Part shown: piece by piece, positions 1 to 11,800 of the stretch | Layout: every line of letters begins with the position of its first letter | Position numbering within the stretch: the stretch's first letter is position 1 | From: a virus | DNA: 64,000 nucleotides | Virus record (IMG/VR): IMGVR_UViG_3300050343_000182 | Direction: 5' to 3' (one strand) | Made by a program: the position numbers and the translations under genes | Notes under the pieces: generated by a model | Databases searched by the model: none | The model's input: the letters and a program-made list of their open reading frames with translations, nothing else | Told to the model about the DNA's origin: nothing

Positions 1-1
1 C

Positions 2-880
2 ACTACACAATATAACGGCGATAACCTGAGACATCCTGATGGTCATTCTAAGATCATCGGTATTGCATTTGATGGATTCCCCATTTATGGACCTTATGCT
101 TATGCATCTCCATGGGACAATCTGACTACTCCCAGAATTATGAAGTCTTCCTACTCAACTAAATCAGTTGAAACGACAGATAGACCTGACTATGGTAACA
201 CCATCCAAAACCCCCCTGCAGGCGCTCTGGTGGAGGACTGGGAGTATGTAGAGGCAACGGGTGACCTAGACATCCATAATGGTAGATTTTGCATTACTCC
301 AGAATTCCAGGGTGGCACCTTTGCATATTTCTTATCTGTAGACCCAGACGACATTGATCTCCCTGAGTTTCCATACATGATTGGATCTTCCACTAGGGAG
401 ACCATCAATACAAACTTTACATTACAAGCACCTGCTGCTCCACCCAGTGGCGGTGGTGGTGATGGTGGACCACCAGTACTTCCAACTCTGGTGTTTACAT
501 CACAACCTCAGAATGCAACAACAAACCCTGGAGAAACGGCAACGTTTACTGTGCAGGCAGAGATCAGTCCAGAAAACGGACCTATTGCATATCAGTGGTA
601 TCGCTCCACAGACGGCGGTTTCGCATTCGCTGCTATTACAGGAGCAACTGCAAACTCCTATACACTCAGCACTCTTGCATACATGACGGGATACAGATTC
701 CGTTGCCGTATCATCGGTCCTTTGGGAGTATCAATTCAAGCAGAAAACTCACCACTTGATTCCAATGCAGCAGTATTGACTGTTACTGGATCTGGCGGTG
801 GAAGCGGATCTACCGCTAATAGATTCGATAGCACGCAGAGTACTCTCGACTCTACGGCACAAACCTTCGATGGCACCTAA
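2..880 (+). CDS. YHYH-domain protein with C-terminal Ig-like domain (5' end outside window)
   Basis: Frame is open from base 2: HSKIIGIAFDGFPIYGPY and GDLDIHNGRFCITPEF..AYFL are YHYH-family motifs; FTSQPQNATTNPGETATFTV..YQWY is an Ig/I-set-like signature. Confidence 0.75.
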   Translation, partial: TTQYNGDNLRHPDGHSKIIGIAFDGFPIYGPYAYASPWDNLTTPRIMKSSYSTKSVETTDRPDYGNTIQNPPAGALVEDWEYVEATGDLDIHNGRFCITPEFQGGTFAYFLSVDPDDIDLPEFPYMIGSSTRETINTNFTLQAPAAPPSGGGGDGGPPVLPTLVFTSQPQNATTNPGETATFTVQAEISPENGPIAYQWYRSTDGGFAFAAITGATANSYTLSTLAYMTGYRFRCRIIGPLGVSIQAENSPLDSNAAVLTVTGSGGGSGSTANRFDSTQSTLDSTAQTFDGT

Positions 881-883
881 ATA
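877..883 (+). promoter_or_regulatory. T4-type late promoter variant (CTAAATA)
   Basis: Matches TATAAATA core, about 25 nt upstream of the ATG at 906. Confidence 0.5.
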
Positions 884-905
884 ACACTGTAGAAATCTAC
901 CCACC

Positions 906-2390
906 ATGGCAAAACAGAATCTTAGTATTGGATCGTCAGCAAATGACGGAACAGGTGATAGTCTCAGAGATGGTGCTATCAAACTGAATAGCGTCATTGA
1001 CGAAGTTTATACCGCTCTTGGTAATGACACCAACCTGTTGGTGAATATTGGCAGTCCTACCTCAGGACAATTATTAAAATGGAATGGATCCCAATTTGCT
1101 GAGGGAGATTTTGATACGTTAACTTCTAATTTAGATGTTGGTGGATTCCAAGTCAGCTCAACAAACAATGGCGATGTCGTCATAAAACCTAACGGTAGTG
1201 GTCATATTAAGTTTTGGGCAGGTGGCACTGGAAGTGCTCTGACATATATTGATGGCACAGACGGTAAACTAAAGTATTCAAACCATTTTGCTGAAACCGC
1301 AGATCTTCCTGCTGCAGCAGATCATCATGGTATGTTTGCACATGTCCATGCTGAGAATCATGGATACTTTGCACATGGCGGTGCTTGGGTCCAACTGATT
1401 GATTCTGGATCTAGCGTTGGTGAGTTAACCGATGTTGACATGACAGTTGGTGGTGGTCCCTCCGATGGTCAAGTCCTTAAATGGTCTGCTGCCAATAGCA
1501 ATTGGTATCCAGACAACGATGCCACTGCATCTGGAGGCGGTGGATCTACACAGAATTTATTTGAAGGTTTTAATGCTGATACGGGATCTACTACTGCGAG
1601 TGCTGCTACTGATGTCCTCACTGTATCTGGTGGCACAAATATTTCCACGACCATTGCTGGAGATACATTAACAATTGCAATGACGGGGACGTTAGGTGAT
1701 CCTGATCAAAATCTTTTCTCTGTTATCGGATCTGATTCGGGATCCAAAACGGCTGGCAGTGCTACTACTACTGTTAACTTTGTTGGCGGTACTGGGATCT
1801 CCACTGCTGTGGGTGGTGATAATCTAACAATCACTAATGATTCCCCTAACGTTGATCAAAATATTTTTGCTACGGTAACTGGCGATTCTGGCACTACTAC
1901 TTCCAATTCCACTACTGGATCATTGGCAGTCGTTGGTGGCAACGGCGTAACGACAACTGTTACTGAGAATAACGTCAGCATTGCTGCTGAATTGTTTCTT
2001 GCTAGTGGTCAGTCTCTGTCAGAGAATCAGAGTTTCATTACTAATACAAGTGGTGAAGTTGAAGCGGTTGCAACTCCTGCTGTGGGTTTCGAGATTTCTG
2101 GGACGACAGGTGGTGGATATTCCTTCAACAACAATGGATGGAGTGGAACTGGAAACCCAACCATCTATGTCTATCGTGGTTTCACGTATAGATTTAATAA
2201 CACTACTGGTAGTGGACACCCATTTGCTCTGAGACAGACAAATGCTGGATCTGCTGTAACTGCTGGTGTGAGTGGATCCCAAACTGCAGTCCAATATTGG
2301 ACCGTGCCTATGACCCTTGCAGCAGGCACAACATATGTCTATCAATGCACCATTCACTCTGGAATGGTCGGTAATCTCGTGGTTGTCTAA
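906..2390 (+). CDS. Baseplate/virion structural protein, gp9/gp10-like N-terminus, C-terminal cupredoxin-like domain
   Basis: N-terminal MAKQNLSIGSSANDGTGDSLRDGAIKLN resembles the T4 gp9/gp10 N-terminal motif; C-terminus has HPF...YQCTIHSGM. Confidence 0.65.
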   Translation: MAKQNLSIGSSANDGTGDSLRDGAIKLNSVIDEVYTALGNDTNLLVNIGSPTSGQLLKWNGSQFAEGDFDTLTSNLDVGGFQVSSTNNGDVVIKPNGSGHIKFWAGGTGSALTYIDGTDGKLKYSNHFAETADLPAAADHHGMFAHVHAENHGYFAHGGAWVQLIDSGSSVGELTDVDMTVGGGPSDGQVLKWSAANSNWYPDNDATASGGGGSTQNLFEGFNADTGSTTASAATDVLTVSGGTNISTTIAGDTLTIAMTGTLGDPDQNLFSVIGSDSGSKTAGSATTTVNFVGGTGISTAVGGDNLTITNDSPNVDQNIFATVTGDSGTTTSNSTTGSLAVVGGNGVTTTVTENNVSIAAELFLASGQSLSENQSFITNTSGEVEAVATPAVGFEISGTTGGGYSFNNNGWSGTGNPTIYVYRGFTYRFNNTTGSGHPFALRQTNAGSAVTAGVSGSQTAVQYWTVPMTLAAGTTYVYQCTIHSGMVGNLVVV

Positions 2391-4273
2391 TGACAAGAAC
2401 AGTCCCTGGATCTGGTGCTTCAATTTTCCCTGTATTTAATAGTATATTTGGGGTAAGAGAAGTTTATGTTACTGCGGGAGGTAGTGGGTATGATCCTGCT
2501 GACCCCCCTAGACTTCGTGTTGAAAATTGTGGCACTCCCATCAGGGATGCTGTGCTTAGACCAGTCATTGATGGTGTCAATGGTGAAGTCACTGCTGTAG
2601 AAGTATTGGATCCAGGTGAAGGGTATGATCCCATGCGTCTGGAAATTACTGATGAAAATGCAACTGTCCCTGCTGAAGGAAAGATCTTCCTGAAGGATAA
2701 CGGTGGTATTGACTTCATCCAGATGACTCAGTTTGGTGATGAATACTTTACTGCTGAAGCAGAAGTTAAAGGTGGTGGTGGATCTGGATCCGAGTTGGTG
2801 CCTATTACAGGTCTGGTTACAGGTCTTGCCATTGAAGAGTTTGGTAGAAACTATACCGAAGAAGATGTCAACATTATCATCTCAGGTGGTGGTGGACAAG
2901 GTGCAACTGGCGTTGCGGGTGTCAACCCATTCGGTAAAGTTACTGCAATTACCCTCACCGATTCTGGTGAGTTCTTTGAAGATCCTCCTCTAATTCAAAT
3001 TATTGGTGGTGGTGGATCTGGTGCCAGTGCTGCAGCATTTATTGATCTTGGTGCTATTACCACTATTGATCTCATAGCAGGTGGTGCTGGTTATGTAAAT
3101 CCTCCTCAGGTTATCTTCACAAGAGATACAAACCTGATCAAGACTGCAAGAAACAGACAGTCTCTAAACTCTGTTGTTTACAATTTAGCAGGTATTCTGA
3201 CTGACGTTGGCACTGGTGATGAAACTATTCACGTTGAGTCAACTGCACCTTATCCTGGATCTGGTAAATTCCTTCTCGGTAGAGAAGTTGTCAGATATAC
3301 AGGTAAAACTGCCACATCATTTATTGGGTGTGACAGGGGCACAAACTTTAGATTTGATCAGAAAGTCATTCTTGACACTCTCCAAAATGATATCAATACA
3401 GGAGACACACTTTACGACTTCCAAGTTACGGATAAAGTAAGACGTGTTATTGAATCTGCAAGTAACAGAGTCGCTATTGTTTATGATTGGAATGAGACCG
3501 AGAGAGCATTATATCTGACATTCCAGGTTGATGAGTTGGCATTTATTGATGCTGGTAGATCAGGTGAGAAGTCAAAGATCATTGCATTCTTTGCAGGTAC
3601 TTCTGGATCATCTTCAACTGGTGTCGCACCACATACTTTGGTTGAAGCAGAAGGCAGCGAAATTGTTGCATTTACTACACCTTTGTCAGTCATTCAAAAC
3701 AGAAGGTTTGAAGATGACGATGAGGAGTTTGTTGATGCCGATGGTGTGCAGCAGTTTGGAGATGGCATTCCTGACATTCTGAATGACGGCACAGATTTTG
3801 AAAACCAAGTCAACTTAGATGGGGGCATCGCCTCGTCTAAATATGGTATTGAGGAAGAATTAGGTGGCACCAACACCACGCTCTTCCAGATTGGCGATCA
3901 AATCTATGATGGTAGTCCTAACCAATTGGTTGCTACTATCCAGTCTGCAGGTGCTTTAGGAGATGGTGATGCCCATGTCGCTACTGCAACTATCATAATT
4001 GAGTATATTACTGCTGCTCTTTTTAACGTCCCAAATGCTGGTGGCGAAGAACTTGCAACTGGACAATCATCTGGTGTCGCAGCAACAACTACAAATAGAA
4101 GACTTGGACCTAAAGATGGTCAATTCTATCTAGATGTTAAGTCGATTCAAGATAATGACCCAACATATAAATTTACTGTAGGTGAGACACTGCAAGGAAA
4201 CTCCTCTGGAGCCCAAGCAAAAATCATCGCAGTTGAGTATAACAACTTCCTCAGAAATGAGGGTGAGTATTAA
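2390..4273 (+). CDS. Virion structural protein (baseplate wedge region, gp7-like position)
   Basis: 627 aa with repeated V..GGSGY / IIGGGGSGA beta motifs typical of cyanophage baseplate proteins; immediately upstream of g8. Confidence 0.55.
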   Translation: MTRTVPGSGASIFPVFNSIFGVREVYVTAGGSGYDPADPPRLRVENCGTPIRDAVLRPVIDGVNGEVTAVEVLDPGEGYDPMRLEITDENATVPAEGKIFLKDNGGIDFIQMTQFGDEYFTAEAEVKGGGGSGSELVPITGLVTGLAIEEFGRNYTEEDVNIIISGGGGQGATGVAGVNPFGKVTAITLTDSGEFFEDPPLIQIIGGGGSGASAAAFIDLGAITTIDLIAGGAGYVNPPQVIFTRDTNLIKTARNRQSLNSVVYNLAGILTDVGTGDETIHVESTAPYPGSGKFLLGREVVRYTGKTATSFIGCDRGTNFRFDQKVILDTLQNDINTGDTLYDFQVTDKVRRVIESASNRVAIVYDWNETERALYLTFQVDELAFIDAGRSGEKSKIIAFFAGTSGSSSTGVAPHTLVEAEGSEIVAFTTPLSVIQNRRFEDDDEEFVDADGVQQFGDGIPDILNDGTDFENQVNLDGGIASSKYGIEEELGGTNTTLFQIGDQIYDGSPNQLVATIQSAGALGDGDAHVATATIIIEYITAALFNVPNAGGEELATGQSSGVAATTTNRRLGPKDGQFYLDVKSIQDNDPTYKFTVGETLQGNSSGAQAKIIAVEYNNFLRNEGEY

Positions 4274-4276
4274 CCC

Positions 4277-4284
4277 CATAAATA
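4277..4284 (+). promoter_or_regulatory. T4-type late promoter variant (CATAAATA)
   Basis: One mismatch to TATAAATA, intergenic, upstream of g8. Confidence 0.6.
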
Positions 4285-4308
4285 AAACTATAGGATAATT
4301 GGTAACAA

Positions 4309-5844
4309 ATGGCGCTACTAACCGACCAATTTAGAATTTTTACTGCCAGCCGACTTATCAAGTCTCTGCAAGGACCCGATCCTGCTCAGACTGATAGTGA
4401 AGCTGGAAGTAGTCGTGATCGTCTGTATGTTTTCATCGGTCGTCCCCAACCTTGGGATAACGAGAATGCAGCGCCCGATCCTGTAGACTCTTTCCAAGAG
4501 TTTAGCGATGACTTCGCTGACATGATATCAATGAAGCGGGTGCTGGCGAATGATACTATTCAAGTTATTCGTAGGACTGACTGGATTCCTCCTGAGCAAA
4601 CCACTGGTGGCTTGGGTTATGTTTACGATATGTATCGTCATGACTACAGCGCAACTAAAACCGCGTCTTCTGGTGCTACCAAACTTTATGATGCAGACTT
4701 TTACGTTGTTAACTCATCGTATCAAGTCTATAAGTGCATCTATAACGGGACATCCCCTAGTGATCCTAACGGTAAGCCTTCTACTGTTGAGCCTACGGGT
4801 ACTTCAACTTCTATTATTACCACTGCTGACGGTTATCGTTGGAAGTATATGTATACGATCCCTGTGGGTCTTGTACTGAAATTCTTCTCCAATGAATACA
4901 TGCCTGTGCTGAGTGACACCGCTGTGGTGTCCGATGCAATTGGTGGTGAGATCGATACAGTTATTATTTCTTCTTCTGGTGCAGGGTATAACAATGGAAC
5001 CTACGAGAATGTGCCTATCAAAGGAGATGGTGTTGGCGGTCGTGTTTCTTTGGTTGTCGATGGGGGGCGTATTGTTAATGCTACTGTCACATCGGGTGGA
5101 TCAGGATACACCTTCGGTAAAGTCATCATCGATGAAGTCAACGGTATCGGTGCAGGTGCAGGATCAGGCGGCACCGTTGAAGTGATCATTCCCCCAACTG
5201 TCGGTCATGGTGCTGAGCCAGGGACAGAGATGGGTGGATACCGAGTCATGATTAACACCAAGTTTACCTATGCTGAGGGTAGTGGTGACTTCCCAACTGA
5301 TAACGACTACCGTCGTATTGGTTTGGTGATCAACCCTAACAAATTCGGCACAACAGAATTGGCAGCAGATCTTACTCTGTCCGCCACAAAGTCAGTTATC
5401 TTTGCTCCTACCTTCACAGGTAACTTTGCTACTGACGAAATTATCACACAGTCTCGCACAATTGGTGGTCAGCAAGTGACTGCTCGTGGACGTGTGATCT
5501 CATGGAATAGCACAACCAAAGTGCTTAAGTATTACCAGAATAGAATTGATGGTGTCTTCCCTGAATTCACTGGTAGTCTAATTGAGTTTGAGGGTGGTAA
5601 CCCTGTCGTGGGTGCAACATCTGGTGCATCTGCCGACCCTGATATTAACTTCCCAATTGTATCAGGATCCTCTACTCGTGTTATTAACAACACTGAGTAT
5701 GACTTGGGTATGTCTTTTACCAACGGTTATGCAAGACCAGAGGTTGAGCCAAATTCGGGTCGGGTTATTTACATAGATAATAGAGGCGCTATCACTCGTG
5801 CTGGTGACCAAATCGAAGACATTAAGATCGTAGTAGAGTTCTAA
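4309..5844 (+). CDS. g8: Baseplate wedge subunit gp8
   Basis: LYVFIGRPQPW, MISMKRV...IRRTDW, VYKCIYNG, DGYRWKYMYTI motifs characteristic of gp8. Confidence 0.85.
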   Translation: MALLTDQFRIFTASRLIKSLQGPDPAQTDSEAGSSRDRLYVFIGRPQPWDNENAAPDPVDSFQEFSDDFADMISMKRVLANDTIQVIRRTDWIPPEQTTGGLGYVYDMYRHDYSATKTASSGATKLYDADFYVVNSSYQVYKCIYNGTSPSDPNGKPSTVEPTGTSTSIITTADGYRWKYMYTIPVGLVLKFFSNEYMPVLSDTAVVSDAIGGEIDTVIISSSGAGYNNGTYENVPIKGDGVGGRVSLVVDGGRIVNATVTSGGSGYTFGKVIIDEVNGIGAGAGSGGTVEVIIPPTVGHGAEPGTEMGGYRVMINTKFTYAEGSGDFPTDNDYRRIGLVINPNKFGTTELAADLTLSATKSVIFAPTFTGNFATDEIITQSRTIGGQQVTARGRVISWNSTTKVLKYYQNRIDGVFPEFTGSLIEFEGGNPVVGATSGASADPDINFPIVSGSSTRVINNTEYDLGMSFTNGYARPEVEPNSGRVIYIDNRGAITRAGDQIEDIKIVVEF

Positions 5845-5847
5845 ACG

Positions 5848-8800
5848 ATGCCCCAGAATACCAATCTAAATATTGCTCCTTATTTCGACGACTTCGATAA
5901 GGATAAGAATTTCTACAGAGTGTTATTCCGCCCTGGATATCCTATCCAAGCGCGTGAATTAACGACTCTACAATCGATTCTCCAGAATCAGATTGAATCC
6001 ATCGGTCAACACTTCTTCAAAGAAGGCGCGATGGTTATCCCTGGTCAGGTCGGTTATGACCTGAATGTGCAGGCAATCATTCTGCAACAATCATTCCTAG
6101 GTGTCGATGTCGAAACCTACAGGACTCAACTGCATGGTCAGATTGTTGAGGGTATCACGACTGGCGTTAAAGCAAAGGTCTTGTATTCAATTGCTGCTTC
6201 TGAATCTGAGCGTGGTTACGTCACTCTATACGTTAAGTATATCGAGTCTGGTGACACAGTTTCTGACACAACCATTAAAGGATTCCAATCTAATGAGCAG
6301 TTGCTTGCTCAAAACGAAATTACTTTCGGCACAACACTGATCGAAATTGGATCACCATTTGGACAGTTGCTACCCGTTGACTCTACTGCGGTTGCATCTG
6401 CTGCATACATTAACAATGGTGTGTACTTTATTAGAGGTCACTTTGTTGATGTTGCATCTGCAAACCTGATCCTTGAGCAATATAGCAATAACCCTTCTTA
6501 CAGGGTTGGTCTGGAAGTTAGTGAATCTATTGTTACCCCAGAAGACGATCCGTCACTGAATGACAACGCTGCAGGAACTTCAAACTACTCAGCACCTGGC
6601 GGTCATAGATTTAAGATTAAGACTACCCTTGTCAAGAAGGCAATCAATGATTCGACTGACAAAAACTTCGTTGAATTACTACGAATCAACAATAGTAAAG
6701 TTGAGCAGTTTGTTGATCATACTGCATACTCAGAGCTTGAGAAGTCGATGGCACGTCGGACCTATGAAGAGTCTGGCGACTATGTTATCGACACTTTCAG
6801 TATCAAGGCAAGAGAATGTCTTGATGATGGTTTTAACAACGGGGTCTACACTCCTACTCAAACGACTCAGCAAAACAATATTCCTACAGATGATCTCCTA
6901 AGTTATGAGATCTCTCCTGGTAGAGCGTATGTGAAAGGATACAGGACTGAATTCCTTACACCTCAGTATGTTGACTCTGCCAAACCTAGAGATTTTGCTT
7001 GTGTAGAAAACGGTATTATCCACTTCAGACTTGGCAACTTTGTTAAAGTCTACGATCAGTATGGTTGGGCTGACCTAACTGGTGAAGGTGTGTCTGATGC
7101 ATACCAAGTTATCGAATTATACGATGACTGGAATCTAGGCGTATCCAACTCAATTGTTGGTAATCAGATCGGTCGGGCTCGTATTGTCCAACTTCAAGTT
7201 GATCAGGCAAACCAGTATGACATGTGGTTCTTTGATCCACAGATGTTTACTGCTATAAACTTTGCATCTGGTAACAACTCTGTTTCTATTGGTGATGTGC
7301 TTAGAGGTCGCACCTCTGGTGCCCGTGGTTTCGTTGCTGATAGTGGTAGCAGCACTCACTGTAAACTAGAGCAGGTCTCTGGTGTCTTCCTTAACAACGA
7401 AGTTGTTGAAAGAGATGGTCGTGTAATCGGCACACTGGAAGCAGCACATACTTATAACCTATCCGATGTCCGTCGTTCTGTTGGTAGAAATGATAGCAAC
7501 GTTGTAACATTTGCAGCAAACTGGTTGCTGAATGATAATGCTTCTATTGAGTCTTCTACCGTTACTGTAAGTGGCACTGGTGCTCTTTCTACAGGTTTCA
7601 GGACCAAGTTTGCAGAAGATCTCCGTCCTGGTGATGTTGTTACTACAACTGCATCTGGTCTAAATGGTGGCAATACTTTAAGAATTAAGAGAGTTGATCC
7701 TACTCTGATTGCTACCAACACTGGTAACATCGCTACAGGTGGCACACCAGTCTTTGATTACCTTAATCAAACCGCCATTATGGATGCCTCCCTCAAGAAG
7801 GGTAGTGGCAATGCTGATGGTGAGTATGCTGAGATGGTAAGGATGCGTCCTTTCATCTTCCAGAAAGACTATCAGAATGGTGAGTTGTCAATTGACGCTC
7901 CTAGAACTTCGATGAAGTCTATCTCTGACGAGTCATTCTTTGTATACAGGACATTCGCTAACAAGACCGTTGTGTCTGGTGGTGTTACTGTGTCTCTGCC
8001 TGAATCCGAGCAGTTTGCAGCACTCGATGATGAAAACTATGTGTTGACGATTGTTGCTGAGTCTGGATCTTCATATAGTGTTGGTGATAACCTTGACATT
8101 GATAATCTCAATGACCTTGGATCTCTGACTGTTACCTTCGGTGCTGATGCACAGTCTATTACCATCTCTGGTTTGGCTAACGTCAACACCGTTAAGTTGA
8201 CTGCTCTTATCTCTAAGAATATCGTCACCAGAAAGATTAAGACTGCCGCTAAGATGCGTGCAATGAAGGTGACCCGCACACGTATTAACAATGACCAAAC
8301 CAAGTATGGTCTGGCATATGGTAACCTGTATGGCACCCGTATTGAAGATGAAGAGATTTCATTTGCATTGAATGATGTCTATAAGATTCATGCTGTATAT
8401 GAGTCTGAGGGTGATAATGATGCTGAATCACCTTATATGGTGTTGTCAGAATCTACCTTCTTTGATAACGGATCAGTTGTTGTAGGTAAGACCTCTGGTG
8501 CTCGTGGTCGAGTTATCCAGTTTGTCAACAGCACACTGAGACTGTACTTCGTTGCACTTAACGAAATTCCATTCATCCCTGGCGAGACCATTGATGGTGT
8601 TGATGATGACGGCATTCCTCTGCAGGCAATTGTTGATGACTCTGACGGATCCGTTTCTAAGGGATCTAAAGTTGTCACAACCCAGTTTGAATTGGAAAGT
8701 GGTCAGAAGGCACACTTCTATGATGTCTGTAAACTGGCTCGGATGCCTGGTTTCTCCCCACCAATTCGTAAGATACTTGTAATCTTTGACTACTTCTTGC

Positions 8801-11800
8801 ATGAGTCTTCAGGTGATTACTTCTCAGCCCAGTCTTACACTGGTATCATGTATAAGGAGATTCCTAAGTATAAACTAGATGGATCGATTAACTATATCCG
8901 TGACCAGATTGACTTCCGTCCTGGTATCGGTGAATTAGCATCTGGATCTGGCACCATCACGTCACCTTTCTTTGTGAATTGTGCGTCACTTGATTTTGGA
9001 TCTAGACAGTTTGATACCTCTGGTGGTGTCGGTGGATCTACCATCTTCGATATCCCTAAGGTTAACACACAATTTAGATGTGACTACTGCTACTATCTCC
9101 CTAGAGCAGACAAGTTGTATTTGACACATGACAACAAACTGAAAATTGTCAAGGGTGTGTCCTCTGAGGATGTTCCTCATCCTGATAAGATTGACAATGC
9201 GATGCTTCTCGCAACGATTGAGATGCGTCCATATGTGTATGACGTTGAGCGTGATGTCCTGATCTATCCTGAGATCATCAAGCGTTATACCATGAAGGAC
9301 ATCGGAGATCTGGAGACCAGACTCTCCCACGTTGAGTATTACACTTCACTGTCTCTGCTAGAAGTACAAGCAGACAACACTAAGACATATGATGATAACG
9401 GTTTCGACCGTCTGAAGAATGGTTACGTTGTAGATGACTTCACCGACCACACTGTTGGTGACGTTCTCAGCATTGATTATAAGTGCTCCATGGACTTCAA
9501 AGAGGGTCACCTCCGTCCTTCGCACTATACTTCTAACGTGCCCCTGCAAATTAACATGGGTGCATCCAGCAACGTCGTTAAGACTACTGGAAACATGGTG
9601 ATGCTGCCTTATGAAGATCTGGCAATCATTACTCAACCATATGCATCTAGGACTGAGAATGTTAACCCATTCAACGTGTTTACATTCATTGGTCGTATTG
9701 ACCTGACACCTGCATCTGACGACTGGATTGATATCGAGCGTCTTCCTGCTCGTGTTGAGAACGTTGAAGGTGACTTCTCTGCTGTTGCTAGAGACCTTCA
9801 GATTGATCAGAATGGTTTTGCTCCTCTCCAATGGGGTGGTTGGCAAACTAACTGGACTGGTGAATCTCTCCAATCAACCACTCAAACTAGAAACAGGTCT
9901 GGTAGTTTCTCCTCTGGTGGTCGTAGACTCGGTAGATTGGGTCACGGTCAAGGAAGACAACCTCTGTTTGTGCATGAGAGACGCACCTATCGTGTTGTTA
10001 ACAACCAGGCACGTCAAGGCGTGAGAACTCGCGTTACGCCCAAGATTGATAGAAAGTCTTTGGGTGATACCATGCTGTCACAAACAGCAATCCCCTGGAT
10101 TAGATCTAGAAACATCGGTTTCAACATCGATCGCCTCAAGCCTCGCACAAGAATGTATTACTTCTTCGATGGCGTTAATGTCAGCGGTTATGTAACACCT
10201 AAGGTTATTGAGCTTACTAAGTCTTCTACTGCTGATCCCAACTCTAACGAGACCCCATTCGTGGTGGGCGAGACTGTGGTAGGTCAGACCTCTGGCGCAA
10301 GAGTATTAGTTGCTCCTGCCAATGACGGATATAAGACTGACCCATATGGTATTGGTCCAACTGGACTCGCTGAGTCTTATGCATCACAAACCAACTTCCT
10401 GAATATTGACATCACTGCAATGGCAGAGACAGTCAATCCTAACTTCTACGGTAACGTCAACGTGGGTGAAGTCCTTCTTGGATTGACCTCTGGTGCTCGT
10501 GCTGTTGTAAGAGATCGTCGTCTTCTTTCCGATAACGTTGGTAACCTACAAGGCACGTTCTTCATTCCTTCTCCTAAGAATGATTCAAACCCACGCTGGG
10601 CAACTGGCACAAGGACGGTTAGAGTCACAACTTCGGATACGAATGATAGGACTCCTGGAAATGTGGATTCCTCTGCAGACGCATCATACTCCGCAACTGG
10701 CACCTTACAAACTGTTAGAGAAAACATTCTTGCCGTCCGTAATGCTGAGATCGTCCGCGATACAGTTAATGACGAAAGGACTGTTATTACTACCAGGACT
10801 GAGCAACGTCAGATTGGTTGGTATGACCCTCTTGCACAATCCTTTATTTGCGATTCGGAAGGCGGCGTATTCCTGACAGGTGTTGACATCTTCTTCAGGA
10901 CTAAGGACGCTAACATTCCTATCTCAATTCAGATCAGGACCATGGAGAATGGTTATCCTACTAAGGATATCATTCCTTTCTCTGATACTACTATCGATCC
11001 TGACACTGTTGAATTGTCGGAAAACGCAAGTATTCCTACAAGATTTACATTTAGATCTCCTGTTTACATTAAGTCAAACATTGAATATTGCTTCGTGCTT
11101 CTGTCTGACTCCAACGAATATAACGTCTGGATCTCCAGAATGGGTGATGTTGATGTGACAGGTACAAGGACAATCTCCGAGCAACCATATGCTGGTGTGC
11201 TCTTCAAGTCACAAAACGCTTCTACCTGGACTGCTGACCAGTATGAAGATTTGAAGTTTACCATGTATCGTGCTGAGTTTACTGCAAACTTAGGCACAGC
11301 AATCTTTAACAACGCTGAGCTTGGTAAGGGTAACAATGGTATTCACAGACTGATTGAAAATCCAATCCAGACTCTGAAACCTAAGCAGACTCTCACGCTT
11401 CCTGTTGATAGTAACTACACCTTTACAGTTGGTGCAAGAATCATTCAAACACCTTCTAATGCAGAAGGTACTATTGTTGAATTTGATTCTATATCCAATC
11501 CTGAAACTATTACTATTACAGATATTGATGGTATCTGGTCTGCTGGTTTCCTTGATGCCAACAACAACACATTCCAAGGCATCGCTTCCTCCCAATCTGT
11601 CGCTACGATTATCCTGTCTGCGATCTTCAACGGCACGTTTGAGGTTGGTGATGTTGTAAGTGGATCTACATCTGCTTCAACTGGTGTTGTCACAGCATAT
11701 GATACAGGCACGCAGACTCTGACACTCAACTACATTACTAGAGCATTTGATCTTTCAGATACTCTATCTGAGCCAGGTGGCACATCTGCAACGATCACTA

